NCBI RefSeq assembly: GCF_009914755.1
Contig: NC_060931.1
DNA: 64,000 bases
Origin: the human T2T-CHM13v2.0 reference genome, Homo sapiens
Direction: 5' to 3' (one strand)
Both the position numbers and the translations under genes were made by a program. The notes beneath the pieces are model-generated. The model did no database searches and was not told the DNA's origin. It worked only from the letters and a program-made list of their open reading frames with translations. Within the stretch, counting starts at the first letter, position 1. The number at the start of each line of letters is the position of its first letter. Shown piece after piece: positions 15,944 through 34,524 of the stretch.

Positions 15944-16168
15944 GCTGGGCACAGTGGCTTACGCCTGTAATCCCAGCACTTTGGGAGGCCGAGGCGGGTG
16001 GACCACGAGGTCAGGAGATTGAAACCATCCTGGCTAACACAGTGAAACCCCATCTCTACTAAAAAATACAAAAACATTAGCCGGGCATGCTGGCAGGCAC
16101 CTGTAGTCCCACTCCAGCCTGGGTGACACAGCAAGACGCCGTCAAAAAAAAAAAAAAAAAAAAAAAAA
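15944..16168 (+). mobile_element. Alu (Y/Sc-type) with a right-arm internal deletion
   Basis: cctgtagtccc joins directly to actccagcctggg; TSD agatattgctc. Confidence 0.88.
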
Positions 16169-16757
16169 GATATTGAGATATTGCTCTACTGTCTTCTCGT
16201 TTGATTTTTTTCAACCAAGAATTTGTCATTATCCTTATCTTTTTTCCTCTGATCATAATGTATATTTCTTCCTTTGCTTTTAAGATGCTCTCTTTATCAC
16301 TGACTTTGAAATGTGATTGTGATGGGTTTTGAAATAGCTTCCTACTTGTTTCTTATGCTTGAAGTTCACTGAAATTCTTAGATTTATGGGCTTATAGTTT
16401 TCACCAAATTTTAAAACTCTATTGACCATTATTTATCTAAGTATTTTTTTCTGTCTTTCTAGTCTCACCTCTCCTTCAAGGACTCTAATTCTACATATAT
16501 TAGGCTGCCTGAAGTTTTACCACATCTCAGCAATGCTTTGTTCATTTTTTTCTGCATTTATTTTGAATAGTTTCTATGCCATGTCTTCAAAACCAATGAT
16601 CTTTTCTTCTTCAATATTTAATCTGCTATTGATCCTATCATATATATTTTTCATCTCAGATATTATATTTTTTATTTTTAGAATTTTAATATGGACTTTT
16701 TTATAGCTTCCTTATCTCTTAACTATTCTAATATGTAGTATATACATTGGTAGTAGC

Positions 16758-17133
16758 TTTTTAAATTGATAAGTAAAAGTTTTATATATTTAGGGTATAA
16801 AAATGATGTTTTATATATGTAGTCATTATGAAATGGATAAATTAAGCTATTTAACATATGCATTATTTCACATACTTATTTTTTGTGTGGTGAGAACACT
16901 TCAAATCTATTTTCTTGGTAATTTTCAAGTTTACAATACATTATTATTAACTATAGTTACCACGATATACAACAGATCTCTTAAACTTATTCCTCCTAAT
17001 TGAAATTGTGTGTCCTTTTACCAACATCTTCTCAACCCCCTGAATCCCCATCTCCTAGAAACCATGATTTTACTCTCTGTCTCTATGAGTTTGGCTTTTT
17101 TAGATTCTACATATAAGTGAGATCATGTGGCAT
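16758..17133 (-). mobile_element. L1MA 3'-end fragment nested in the older L1
   Basis: ttttttgtgtggtgagaacacttcaaatctat...tacaatacattattattaactatagt...ttttagattctacatataagtgagatcatg. Confidence 0.8.
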
Positions 17134-17224
17134 ATCTAACATTTTGTCAATTCTGGGTTGGTGTCCATGGATTCATTTTTATCCTTATCATAGGTCTTAT
17201 TTTGCCACTTTGCATGCCTGGGAA

Positions 17225-17522
<298 letters not shown>

Positions 17523-18932
17523 CCCTGCCAATTTCTGACTGGATGCTACACATTGTGAATTTAAAATTTTTGGTGCTGGATATTTTTACATTTCTATAAA
17601 TATTCTGGGTTTTGTTGTGGAATACAGTTAAGTTACCTGGGAATAGTTTGATCTTTTTGGGTCTTGGTTTTAAGGTTTGTCAAGCAGGAGTGGAGCCTAC
17701 TACAAAGGCAAAACCCTTCCACATACTCTACCTACGCCCTGTGGCTCAGAAGGTTTTCCAGTCTGGCTGCTGTTACCAGGCACTAATCCCAGTCCTGACA
17801 TGTATGCACTACTCAGCTGAATACTCAAGAAGGACCCTCTGCAGATATCTCGATTTATCATTCTGTGAATCTCTCTCTTCTCTAGTATTCTATGCTGCAA
17901 ACTCTAGCTGACTTAGATTCCTGAGATTCTCAGCTTTGTCTGCTCAACTCAGAGTCTATTGGGCTCTTTGCACTGCCACCTGGAAACTCTTAAGGTAGTA
18001 AGCCACAGCAACCACAGGGGTCACCTTGTTTGTTTGCCACCTCTGCCCGTGGTTGCCTTATGTTCAGTGTCTTGAAAACCACTGGTTCATGTATTTTGTC
18101 TATTTTTTGTTTGGTTTTAGATGAGAGGATAAATCCTTGTTACTCTGTCTTGGTGAGAAGCAGAAATCCTACCATATGGCATTTTATTTCTACAATTGCA
18201 TACTGAGTTTCCTTCCTTTCATAATTTTCTTATCAAAGTGATATCCCCCACATCTAGCGTAGTACCTAAGACATAGTAGACACTCCATAAATAACTTATC
18301 TCAAGAATTAAACAAGACTTTTTGTTCTTAATTTCAAAAAAAAAACCTGTATTTTTGTGCCTCTTGCTAAAGAATCTAAGAAAGTTTAATTAAATTTCTT
18401 CTGATTCCAGTTTTAAATTCTTTCCAGAGGTACACTATTTTTCTGGGTCTTTAAGACCACATTCCATTTTCCTTCAATTCTTGTAGTACTCCTCGAGGCC
18501 AAGAGTCTCTTATTTTCTGTTTATTCTTCTTGGAACAGAAGAAATATATTCAGATCTTTCTCATTGTACCACCAACACCGAAAAGCAGGGTTTGTGGCTT
18601 GTTCTCGGTTGCACTGACTGAACATTTCAATAAGTTTGTGGTAATTTAAACTAAAATGAACTATAGAAAGGATATAATTCTATTTTCCAGCAGCAGATTA
18701 ACACAAGAATGGAAAACCCAAGCTTATTAAGCAAGCAAAGATATGCAAGTACAAGCCACTTCGTAGAAAGTTCTTGTGTCCCAAACAAAAAACTCAAATA
18801 GAGAAGCCTGTCTCATCAAAAATCTGTCAAGTTCACTCTTGGATATTTTTAGAAATTAGGTTGGTGTGTATAGTCCTTAGACAAACTTTAAGTGACATGA
18901 CTCTCAAATATTTGTCTAGCGTGGCTCTGTGA

Positions 18933-19332
<400 letters not shown>

Positions 19333-19364
19333 TCTACTCCTTACTTCATTTCCTTTTGCTTTAA

Positions 19365-20010
<646 letters not shown>

Positions 20011-21294
20011 TGAACTATAATCTTTAAAGTTAATAGAACACAAACAACAGAAGGTAGTGAGGAATCAGGAACTATATTATGGTTACCTAATAGGAGATAT
20101 CCAAACAGAAAAGAATAACTGCCCCAGTGGATATGTTTTATCCTTTCGACAATATAGATACTGTGCCAAGAATTGAAATCCAAAAAAGTAAAAATCATTG
20201 GCTTCAAAATATTAAAAGAAACTTCCAAGTGGAAATTAATACATGTATCAAGGTCTACAAAACATAACCCCCTATCAAGTAATTGATGACAAGTAATTCT
20301 TGATAATATTTAGATAAAATAAATTTTATATTTAAAGAACAATGAATATCTTATTCTCAACAACACATAATTATAATTTTAAAAAATAGCTCCAATGATT
20401 GCACATCACAATATATATAAATTTTATGTAGCTATAGGAGCATTTAGTATTTTTTTAGGAGCACTTTCCAGGAACCAAGGGCAAAGACCAATTTTTTTTT
20501 TATTGTACCCCAGATTTTAAACACAGTACTTTAGTGGACATTTTAAGGGATAAACACAAAAGCATTACCATATAGTTTTCATGGACACACTTATATGCAT
20601 TAATAAACATTAAAGATGAATTGTGGGGACATGTATTCAATTCAAAAGACCATAGTAAGGAGAGGAATGGGCCTGGAAAAGAGGAAAAGTTATTCTTAAG
20701 GTCAGCTTTACAGTAAGGAAAAGCAACAAAATTTGAAAACAGGAGCCCTTGTCATTTCCCTAGAAGAGAAACTGGACAATCTAGGAGTTCATTCAGAAAA
20801 GCAAAGTGGGTGAGGGCTGAACCCTACAGCCTGTTAGCAATACAGCTTTCCCTTAGGAATTCTAAAGCGTGCCGAACCCCAGCGCAGCCTTAGGGAATCT
20901 CCTTTTGCCATCTACTCGATTCCCCAGCGATCTCCTCCAGTCCCAAGGCTTAGATGGCCAAACACCTACCGACAAAGCCCAGGCTTACAAGCACTTACCC
21001 GACCTGAACGCCACACTCCAGACTGGTCTTCCCATCTGGAGCTTGAGATGACCCCGCACCAGGAGCATTTAGTATTTAAGGAAAGACATGGAAGGCCTCC
21101 AACAATGCCAAGAACTTAAGGTCCACAGCATCTCACCGGTTGTCTAGTCCATATGACTCTGAAACTTATGGTGGGGGGTGGGAGGCAGAGGAGCAAGGAC
21201 AGTGTGTTAGTCAGCTCGGGCTTCCATAACAAAGGACCACAGACTAGGAGGCTGCAACAACAGACATTCATTTCCTTACAGTTCTGGAAGCTAG

Positions 21295-21723
<429 letters not shown>

Positions 21724-21865
21724 CAAATTTCCTCTTCTTACAAGAATATCTATCAGGTTAGATTAGAGCCTACCTTAAAAACTTCACTTTAACTTAATTA
21801 TCCCTGTATCTATAATTTATTTATTTATAATTACCTTATCTCCAAATACGGTAACATTCTTGTAA

Positions 21866-22189
<324 letters not shown>

Positions 22190-23689
22190 CCAAATACAGT
22201 AACATTCTGATAAACTGGAGGTTAGACCTAAACATATAAATGTAGGGTCGGAGGGACACAATGTAGCCTATAACATACATCACCATTTATCTCTTTTATC
22301 CTTAAACTTCCAGGGGATGAACTGTAAGTCAGCATTATATGCCAAATGGCATCCCCATTTAGGCCCATGGTTCTTAGAGTTAGTGTATCATACCCTTAAA
22401 CACTTAACCAGGCTACCTTGTCGATCTTAGTTTTCAGTATTTCATAGTTTTTTGAGTGTTTGCTGTTGTGTGTTTTTACTTTTTTGAAATTTCCTTAGAT
22501 GTTTTAGTGAGAAATTGGAAAATGGTTGAGTCATCACCAGATACAGTCTTGAAACTGAAACCACAAAGTTTTTTAGGAATTAGGCAGAGCCCTGGGGGGG
22601 AGGGAGGATTTGTTATGGTTATTTTTTAATGAAGATGCTAATTTTTTTATAGTTTGGTGAAAATTGATGTAATCTTTTAGGGAAGCAATTTGGCAATACC
22701 CATCAAGAATGTAAGAGTATATACACCTTTTTAAATTTCTTCAGAGGTTTATAACCTGTTACTATAATCATTTATTTTGACTCAAATTATCCCAGATTCA
22801 GCCAGTGGAAGTCCCTTCAAGTTGGGAGAATTACACCTTTTAAGGTGTAATTCCAGTTAGAAATTTAACAATAGGGCATTTGAGTGTAAGTAGGTGTAAA
22901 TGAGAACAAAGATTTTTCACAAAGATGTTCATTACATCTTTATTTTTAATAACGAAAGCAACCCAAATTGAAGGCAACCCAAATATTTTTGAAGAATATT
23001 TAATAACTGCAGTATAATGTACAAGGAATAAATCAGGATACAAAACTGCATGCACGTAATAAACCAAATCTGAATGTGTATAAGTATTTATGTCTAGAAG
23101 CATGTAGATTTTAACTTTATCTAAGCTTTTTCTAATGATCCTGTTTTCATGATCAGAGCAAAAAATATATTTCAAACTGTGGTCAATTCTGTCTTTCCAG
23201 GTAAATAGGGGCCCTCATTTTTTTTTAATCCCAGCACTAAAGAACTTTATGTTTCAGCTTATTGCTTAAGTATCATACATCCCACTGAAAGATGATCCAT
23301 AAAATGTGTAGTTCTTATAAAAGTTATAAAGATAATTCTACATATTTGAAGGTATTTTAAAAATTTATTTTACCTCATACTATGACTCCTTTTCTATCTT
23401 GATATTGCCTCTTAGATCTTTACTGAGTGAAACCAATTTATAATGTGCAAAAATGGGAATGAGAGAAATCGTATCCAAAGTATACACTTTAATGAATATC
23501 CATAATCATTCAACTCAACACTACTATGATAGAGTGGCTAAGAGTGCTGGCCTTCCGTCAGTGTGGGAAAGGGGTAGGGCTGGGGTTTGCAGCCCCGATA
23601 TTATGACACCCAGTGTGGTGGCAGCCCCGTGCAGGGAAGCAGAGCCAGAGCAGGGTGAGGAGGGTGTTCGTGCAGGGAAGAGGCAGGAG

Positions 23690-25260
<1,571 letters not shown>

Positions 25261-25269
25261 TCCAGTTAC

Positions 25270-25415
25270 AAGCGTATGGCTGTGGGCAGGTTATTTTGTC
25301 TGACTACTTTTGTTTCCTCATCTATTGTACGGGACTAGTGATAGTATCCATCTCTTTGCATTGTTATGAGATTAAATAAGTTGGTAAAGGTAAAGAGGTT
25401 ATTTAGTGCCTAGTT
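25270..25415 (+). mobile_element. MIR fragment
   Basis: tgggcaggttat...tttcctcatcta...ttgttatgagattaaataag. Confidence 0.6.
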
Positions 25416-26519
25416 AAAGTTGGCTAGTTTTTGAGTACCTTTATATATTAGCTCCAACTATAATATGAGAATTATGGTTACTATTTATTTTTGACCTTTC
25501 TCCTATTTTGGCCCACTTTTAGTGTGTCTTCCCTTCTGCCCTACTGTTTCCTGTCCATGTTGGTTTCCTTTCCATAGCAACTCTTGCCTCTCCAACACAA
25601 AGCTTCATGCTCCAAAAAGCACTGAGTCAGACAGCATGGGTTATTCCTTGCATGATTATAATATCTTCACCAATAGAAAGAGATAATTTGTGTGAATGGT
25701 AAATGTACAAAAAATATACAAAAATCTCATTTTTACAGGTTCCATAATGCAAATTTTTTCCTTTCAAATAGGAGTTAAGAATTCACTTTAGAACATTTTT
25801 GAAGGTGATTTAGATTCTATTGTAGTAAATACCTAAGCTAAAGTATAGCATTCTCTTCCTTTTTACTCTCCGTGAAATAGAATATGTAAAACCTTCTAAA
25901 AGAATTTATATGCATAACTCAAGCCATCTTTTCCAAAAACTTAAATTTTAAGTACATGTCAATTATGCATGTATGTAAAACTGGTACTTTGATGCTAGTA
26001 TTTATTAAAATATTGATTTTGTATAAAATTCCTAGCAAATGTGATTACAACTTTATAAATAGGAAATAGTAAAAAATGCTTAACTAAAGATAGACTCTTT
26101 CTTTAGTTTTTTGTTAATAGTAACTATGATTCTGTCATTTTCAAACATCAGCTTTATTACCAAGAACTTATCTGTAAGTTAGGGTTGAAGAGGTGGCAGG
26201 GTGTTAGTATCTATGTTTATGCACAAATGAGTTGTTGTATTATTGCTGGGTGTTTGGGTGTAAAGAAACAAGAAGAATGTGGGTATGTACCTATCATTGA
26301 GAAGACAAAGGAAATCCTGTAACTTCAGCTTTCAACACACTCAACTTGCACTGGGCTGTAAAATCCTGCTAAACTATTTAAGGAGAGGTCTCAGAGCCAC
26401 ATAAAAGTCTCCCTTTAAGGAGGTAGTATTTAATTTCAGATTGTCTGTTCCTATCATGCTTCTATACAGTCTTCTATGGTATTCCACTAAACTAAAATCC
26501 AGTTCATTTGGACATCTCA

Positions 26520-26878
<359 letters not shown>

Positions 26879-27007
26879 TCAAGGCATAAATTTAAGTATA
26901 AATTCTTTTTTAAAAAAGTCTACCTTGTTTTGCAAGGAACTATAATAGGAACTCTTGTAAATGTAAAGTTAATTGAGTTTTTTCCCCCAAAATATGTCTG
27001 ATTATAG

Positions 27008-27211
27008 GCAACAGGTTCCAGGATTGGCGTCTTAACACAAAATGCAACTAACATGGGACTTTCAGTTATCATTTCCTTTATATATGGATGGGAGATGACA
27101 TTCCTGATTCTGAGTATTGCTCCAGTACTTGCCGTGACAGGAATGATTGAAACCGCAGCAATGACTGGATTTGCCAACAAAGATAAGCAAGAACTTAAGC
27201 ATGCTGGAAAG
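27008..27211 (+). CDS. ABCB5: ABCB5 coding exon (probably exon 21), 204 nt, ATGSRIGVLTQN...KQELKHAGK
   Basis: Acceptor attatag|GCA and donor AAG|gtaaaa; TM9-TM10 (ISFIYGWEMT) as in P-gp. Confidence 0.96.
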
Positions 27212-27414
27212 GTAAAATGAAGACTGTTATCACCATCGTAACATTTAAAGAGAAAAACAGTCAGAACTTTATGATATGTTAACTATATGATGTGTTAACC
27301 ATCTTTATGATATATTAACTTCATCTCTTAGGGATCTGTAAAGTGATATGTATAGAGAGAGAAATGCATACAGACCAATTTAGGATAGAAGGTAGATATG
27401 TTATAGCAATAGGG

Positions 27415-27670
27415 TACATGATTTAGAGCACAGGCTCTGGAGTCTAATTAGCTGAGTTAGAATCCAGATTCTATGCTAACAAATGTGTGATATGAGCAGG
27501 TTATGTCAACCTTTGTAGACTTCAGGTTTCTCATCTGCAAAGTGGGAATAATACGAGTATTCACTTACAAATTTTTGTGAATATTGCATAAAACACAATG
27601 TTATTATACGCAAAACACTTAGAACAGTGTCTGGAAGACAGTAAGCACGTACTAATGTCAGCCATTATTA
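27415..27670 (+). mobile_element. MIR
   Basis: agagcacaggctctggagtc...tttctcatctgcaaagtgggaataata...cacttagaacagtgtctgg. Confidence 0.75.
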
Positions 27671-28233
27671 CTGGGGAAGTTTTCAAACATCATCATTCCC
27701 CATTTTCTGGTCATTGAATAATCAAATTTTCTTGAGCAATTCTTCTGAATATTTTATTTTTCAAAACAAACAGGCAATGCAGCAGTTACTGAATGCAAGG
27801 CCATGCACTGATATTGATAACATATAAAACAAGGCTTTAGAGACAGGACCATAAATGACCAATTTATTTAATCATTTGGAAAATGCCTGGACATACAGGT
27901 ATTTAAGCTTCTTAGGATCAACCATATTCATACAAATAATTACTATATTAGAGACTGAAGGAAACATTATGGTGGCATCATAACACCTAAGAATTGAAAG
28001 AGACATCATCTGACCCAACCATTAACCTGAAGTAGGAGTCCCTTGCACAACATCCCTGTCAAGCGTCCATCCCCATCTCCTACCACCTTTTCCTCCAGTG
28101 GCAGGTAGTACATTACTTTCCCAGGCTGCCTGTACTTGGATAGTCTTGGGTGGTAGGCAGTTCTTTTCCTTTTCTTTCTTTTTTTCTTGTCTTATTTATT
28201 TATTTATTTATTTATTGGTGGACTTCTATCTTA

Positions 28234-28668
<435 letters not shown>

Positions 28669-29293
28669 TTAGAGCTCTTGGCTACACTGGTGTACATCCT
28701 CTGAATAGCAAAATGATGTTAATATCCTTTATAGTCTGTATCACGTTGAATGTGTCACAATTGGCATAGCATAAATGTCATACATATTCATGAATAGGGA
28801 TGCCAAGCACATAACTCACTGTAATCTCGTTTGCCTGAGCCTTAGACCTTTCCACCTTTTTTTGCACAAGATAAGGACCCTTGGATTGTTTGCTTGTGCT
28901 GTATAGTCTGAACTACCTAGCAAATATTCGCCTCAGAGACAGTAAACAGTTGTTTAGACCTCCTTGTCTAATTTAAACATTGCAATAATTTATACAATTT
29001 CTAAATTAATGAGGCCTAATTATGTTTTCCTCATCTTATTTTTTATGTCATGAGCTTTTGCTGTATATGTGCCCTTTGACTTTTCCTTTATGTATCATTA
29101 GAGCAACCTCAGACTATACAACAAACAACTCTAATCAAATAGTCATTTGGAGGCATTTCCCTATGGCTTTTAATAAGTCAATTTACTAAACATCAATTTA
29201 GAACATAGACTAATAAAATGTATCGGTCCTTCTTCAGTTGCATGTGTAGATTTGGAAAAATTATCAAACGTTTAGTTTTTAAGACTTTGAATG

Positions 29294-29590
29294 GGCCAGG
29301 TGCGCTGGCTTACGCCTGTAATCCCAACACTTTGGGAGGCTGAGGCAGGTGGATCACAAGGTCAGGAGTTCGAGACCAGCCTGACCAACATGGTGAAACC
29401 CTGTCTCTACTAAAAATACAAAAATTAACCAGGTATGGTGGCACACGCCTGCAATCCCAGCTACTCAGGAGGCTAAGGCAGGAGAATCACTTGAAGCCAG
29501 GAGGCAGAGGTTGCAGTGAGCCAAGATCGCACCACTGCACTCCAGCCTGGGCAACAGAGCAAGACTCCATCTCAAAAGAAAACAAAAAAA
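29294..29590 (+). mobile_element. Alu (Sg/Sc-type)
   Basis: TSD aagactttgaat. Confidence 0.93.
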
Positions 29591-30353
29591 GACTTTGAAT
29601 AGCTTAATTAGTTTTCTTAATGACTATTTTCTAAGGGTCTGTAATAATATTCATCCCTTCTCCATTGTGAAAAATTGGAGATTTTTTTAATGTTCATTCC
29701 TTTTTTTATCTTCATTCCTTTTGTTTTTCCTCAAAATTTTTTTATATTCATTCCTTTTGTTTTTCCTCAAACAAGGTTTCAGCATTCTTATCCATTTTCT
29801 TCATATACTATGGAATGTTACAAATGGAGGTTTCTTTAAGTCCATTTTTAAATTAATGAGAATTTAAAACAACCAATATCAAAATTGGGAGCAGAATCCT
29901 GGTGTCCTCACGACAGTCCAGAAATCTAGTTCCCTCCTACAACCCAAGTTATTCTTCAGAGAAGGCCAAGTGTCTACCTGGTCTTCTCTGTCCCACAGTC
30001 CACTCTGCCAATCTGGAAACAGAATGTGAAAACAGGAAGTTTCTCTTTCAAGCCAACACATGTTCTCATGTCCGAAAAGCTATTCTAAACCAAAACTCTC
30101 TTCCATTTTGAATCCCATGTAATTATGCATTCTCTTTATAAACTATATAAATGTGGAGAAGTATTCATCACATTTGAATTAAATGTCTTTTTACATTCAC
30201 AGACGCCAATATGAGAAATGGCTTTATCTCATAAAGAATTTTATAACCACATGCCATGTTACTTTCCTGTAATGTTCCTGAGTCCTTTTAAGTTGCTATT
30301 TTTAATTCTTTGCTAGAATAAAATAATTATGTGATTACTTTATCTCTGCTATC

Positions 30354-30662
30354 TTTTTTTTTTTTTTTTTTTTTTTTTGAGACAGAGAAGTCTCACTCTG
30401 TTGCCCAGGCTGGAGTGCAGTGGATGATCTCAGCTCACTGCAACCTCCACCTCCCAGGTTCAAGTGATTCTCGTGCCTCAGCTTCCTGAGTAGCTGGGAT
30501 TACAGACATGTGCCACCATACCTGGTTAATTTTTGTATTTTTAGTAGAGACAGGGTTTTACCATGTTGGCCAGGCTGGTTTCGAACTCCTGGCCTCAAGT
30601 AATCGGCCCGCCTTGGCCTCCCAAAGTACTGGGATTACAATCATAAGCCATTGTGCCTAGCA
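30354..30662 (-). mobile_element. Alu (S-type)
   Basis: T tail; TSD tctgctatctttt. Confidence 0.92.
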
Positions 30663-31035
30663 TCTGCTATCTTTTACTTGAATTGTTTCATAATTTGTAG
30701 GAAGCTCCTTTGCATGTGAACATAATGCTTACTAATGTTTTATTCTTCTGTCTATGGAACAAGTTTAAATTGAAATTCAGTATAAACTTGAATGGGGTTA
30801 AACTTAGATCAGTAGACTAAATCTCAATAAGACATTTTCCTTAAGCTTATTATCCAAAAGTGTCATTTTTCTATCTTATTTTCTGGGAGGAAAGGAAGCT
30901 AAGAATATTTGTCAGGAAAACTTACTGACTTGATATACTTAATATGTCCCCAGTGTGAGTGACTAGAATTCACAAATGGGAAAAGATTAACCATTACTAA
31001 TTTTATTTCTATATTGTATTGTCCTGTTTTATAAG

Positions 31036-31136
31036 ATAGCAACTGAAGCTTTGGAGAATATACGTACTATAGTGTCATTAACAAGGGAAAAAGCCTTCGA
31101 GCAAATGTATGAAGAGATGCTTCAGACTCAACACAG
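31036..31136 (+). CDS. ABCB5: ABCB5 coding exon (probably exon 22), 101 nt, IATEALENIRTIVSLTREKAFEQMYEEMLQTQH(R)
   Basis: Acceptor ttttataag|ATA and donor CAG|gtgatt; carries the ICL4 motif IATEAxENxRT. Confidence 0.96.
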
Positions 31137-31446
31137 GTGATTATAGATTCATACTGACTTCAAAAACTTAATTTTGTTCTGTAAAGGCAGTACTCTCAAA
31201 TGACTCCAGTGGTTTGCCTGCTAATTCATTTGCTCTTGAGCCTTTCCTAATAATGTCATGTCATAATTTCTCATATGACTTCACCAAGAGAAACTAGAAG
31301 AGGAATTGAGGGCAAGCACAATTAGAATAAATATTTTAGGTCCTCTCACATTACCATTAACTGTCTGTTACTAAGTATGCACATTTTTCTTATTTTCCTG
31401 AAAGAATATTAATGAAATAACATACGCAAGAAAGAAAATAAAATTG

Positions 31447-31743
<297 letters not shown>

Positions 31744-32310
31744 TTACATTAAATCCCTAAAATAGTTTACATTTTAAATACGAATATATACATAATAAAT
31801 GCACTTACACTTTTAATTTTAAACTAGTCCTCCTTATCACATTGACTTAGTGATGCTTTTTTATATTACTTTAACAGAAAGATAGCTTTTTACTCTTTTG
31901 GACTCATACTTGTAGTTGGCACCACCCTTTAATTTCCTCTATTCTGTTAATGAAAGATTGTAACGGAGACTTAGAAAATCCTTCTAAATACCTAAACCAA
32001 ATCTCTAACTCTTACACTAGCCATCCTTTCACGGGCTTTGCCCATTCATTTAACAGTATATAAAGTTAAATTTGTTATACTGAACTAGAGAGTATATGAC
32101 TATAGGGAAAAGAATTATAACATTATCTGTCTTTTCTCAAAGAATTCTCAGTAGTAAAAAAAAAAAATCACTTTCTCTTTCATCATTCGAAAAATGCCTT
32201 TCCACCAAATTATAACATTTCAAAGTCCTCTCTATTTATTACTCTACATGTATTCAATTGACCTTGCTATAATTCATGCCTCATTATTTGGTAAATTTTG
32301 TACATTCCAG

Positions 32311-32451
32311 AAATACCTCGAAGAAAGCACAGATTATTGGAAGCTGTTATGCATTCAGCCATGCCTTTATATATTTTGCCTATGCAGCAGGGTTTCGATT
32401 TGGAGCCTATTTAATTCAAGCTGGACGAATGACCCCAGAGGGCATGTTCTT
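32311..32451 (+). CDS. ABCB5: ABCB5 coding exon (probably exon 23), 141 nt, NTSKKAQIIG...GRMTPEGMF(L)
   Basis: Acceptor cattccag|A and donor TT|gtaagt; phase 2 at both ends; TM11 (FRFGAYL). Confidence 0.96.
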
Positions 32452-32467
32452 GTAAGTCGTGGAAATA

Positions 32468-32811
<344 letters not shown>

Positions 32812-32922
32812 TTATTTACCAGAAAGATGTCTAGTTTATAGTGAGTTATCATTTAAATCACATTTGTGGAAAAGGTATGCTTGAATTTTTTTTAAGTTGG
32901 AATTTTTTTAAATATACACATA

Positions 32923-33140
32923 CTTTTAAATTTTGTATTGATATATAATAGTTACACATATTTTAGGGGTACACATGATATTTTGATATATTCATATGAT
33001 GTTTAATGATCAAATCAGGGTAATTGGGATGAATTTTATTTTTAATTGACAGACAATAATTGTACATATTATATATTTATGGGGTACAATGGGATGTTCT
33101 GATATATGTTAACACTGTGAAATGATTAAATCGAGCTAAG
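32923..33140 (-). mobile_element. Two adjacent L1MA 3'-end fragments
   Basis: Two copies of the attga...ataat(a/t)g...catat...ggggtaca...tgatatat L1MA terminal motif. Confidence 0.65.
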
Positions 33141-34222
33141 TGTTTTTGTTATTTAGTCTCTATAAGCACAGCATAACTGGTAAAATACTGATACTGATAT
33201 AAGGCATAAAATCTGAATTAAATTCCCAGATGAATTGCTCTCTGCTTCAGTTTACTGGAACATGGGAATGTAGGGGCAAAATATGCCTTCTTGTCATTCA
33301 TCCCTTAGGAAATTTGTGAGACATTATGAAACTCTCAGTGTGGAGATGGCTTCCTAAAGTAAGACTGTACATCAGTGAGGATGAATTATTTGCTAAGCAA
33401 ATAATCCAGAAGAAACACATATAAATGAGTGTTTCCCTTCAAAAATGTCACATTTGGAATTGAATGTGGTGTCCCAGTGAGGCTGCTTCTTCCCAAAGCA
33501 TTAGGTTGGAGCTCCTATTTTGAAGTTCTGGTCACATAATTATGAATTTATTTGTTTTACCGGAACATCTAATGCAACTGCTAAATTAGAAAAATTAATT
33601 TTGAGTATTAATTCTGAGCTGAGAGCCTAAAATATCAGAAATGTTGCTAATCCATCATAAACGTCATTGCTAAGCATTTAGAACTGGAGAAATCCATACA
33701 ATACTTGACTCAAAAAAGTAACATTATGTTATTTTTAACAAGCCCACCAAAAAATGCACATCCATGCAAGTATCAGCCTCTTCACAATAATGAATTGGGA
33801 GATTACACCTGTTACAAGGATGCTGCTATTTGGCAGAACACACTGGGCACTTCTCTTTGGGTTTTGTTTCCCAAGTCTCAGGACATTACTTTGAATATCC
33901 TTATTGTCGGCATATTTGTATTTTCAGGATAGGTTCAATTTGAGGAAATGGCCAAAAGACATTTAAACCTAAGTAATTTCAGAATAACTTGGAATAATTT
34001 TTAGTTTCTATTCACATGAAAATTTATTTATTTATTAAGCATTAAGTGAAGTCCCAGGAAGTTTCTTTGTTAGGCACTGATAAGAAAACAGTCCAGAGTT
34101 CACCAACCCAGTATTCCTAAATCTTACCTGACACCAAAGCCACTTAGAAGTTTCCTGGAAGCAGATTTCCTTATAAAATGGAATATGGAAATGGAATATC
34201 TGTATTTAAAATTTCAACAGAA

Positions 34223-34524
<302 letters not shown>

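Noticed and set aside
26920-27180. Minus-strand ORFs overlapping exons (also 43006-43245, 57302-57583)
   Set aside because: These are antisense shadows of ABCB5 exons with no independent evidence.
27267-27320. Short imperfect tandem copies of atgat(a/g)t(g/a)ttaac (also the ttcattccttttgtttttcctcaaa duplication at 29711-29771)
   Set aside because: Ordinary slippage duplications in AT-rich intron.
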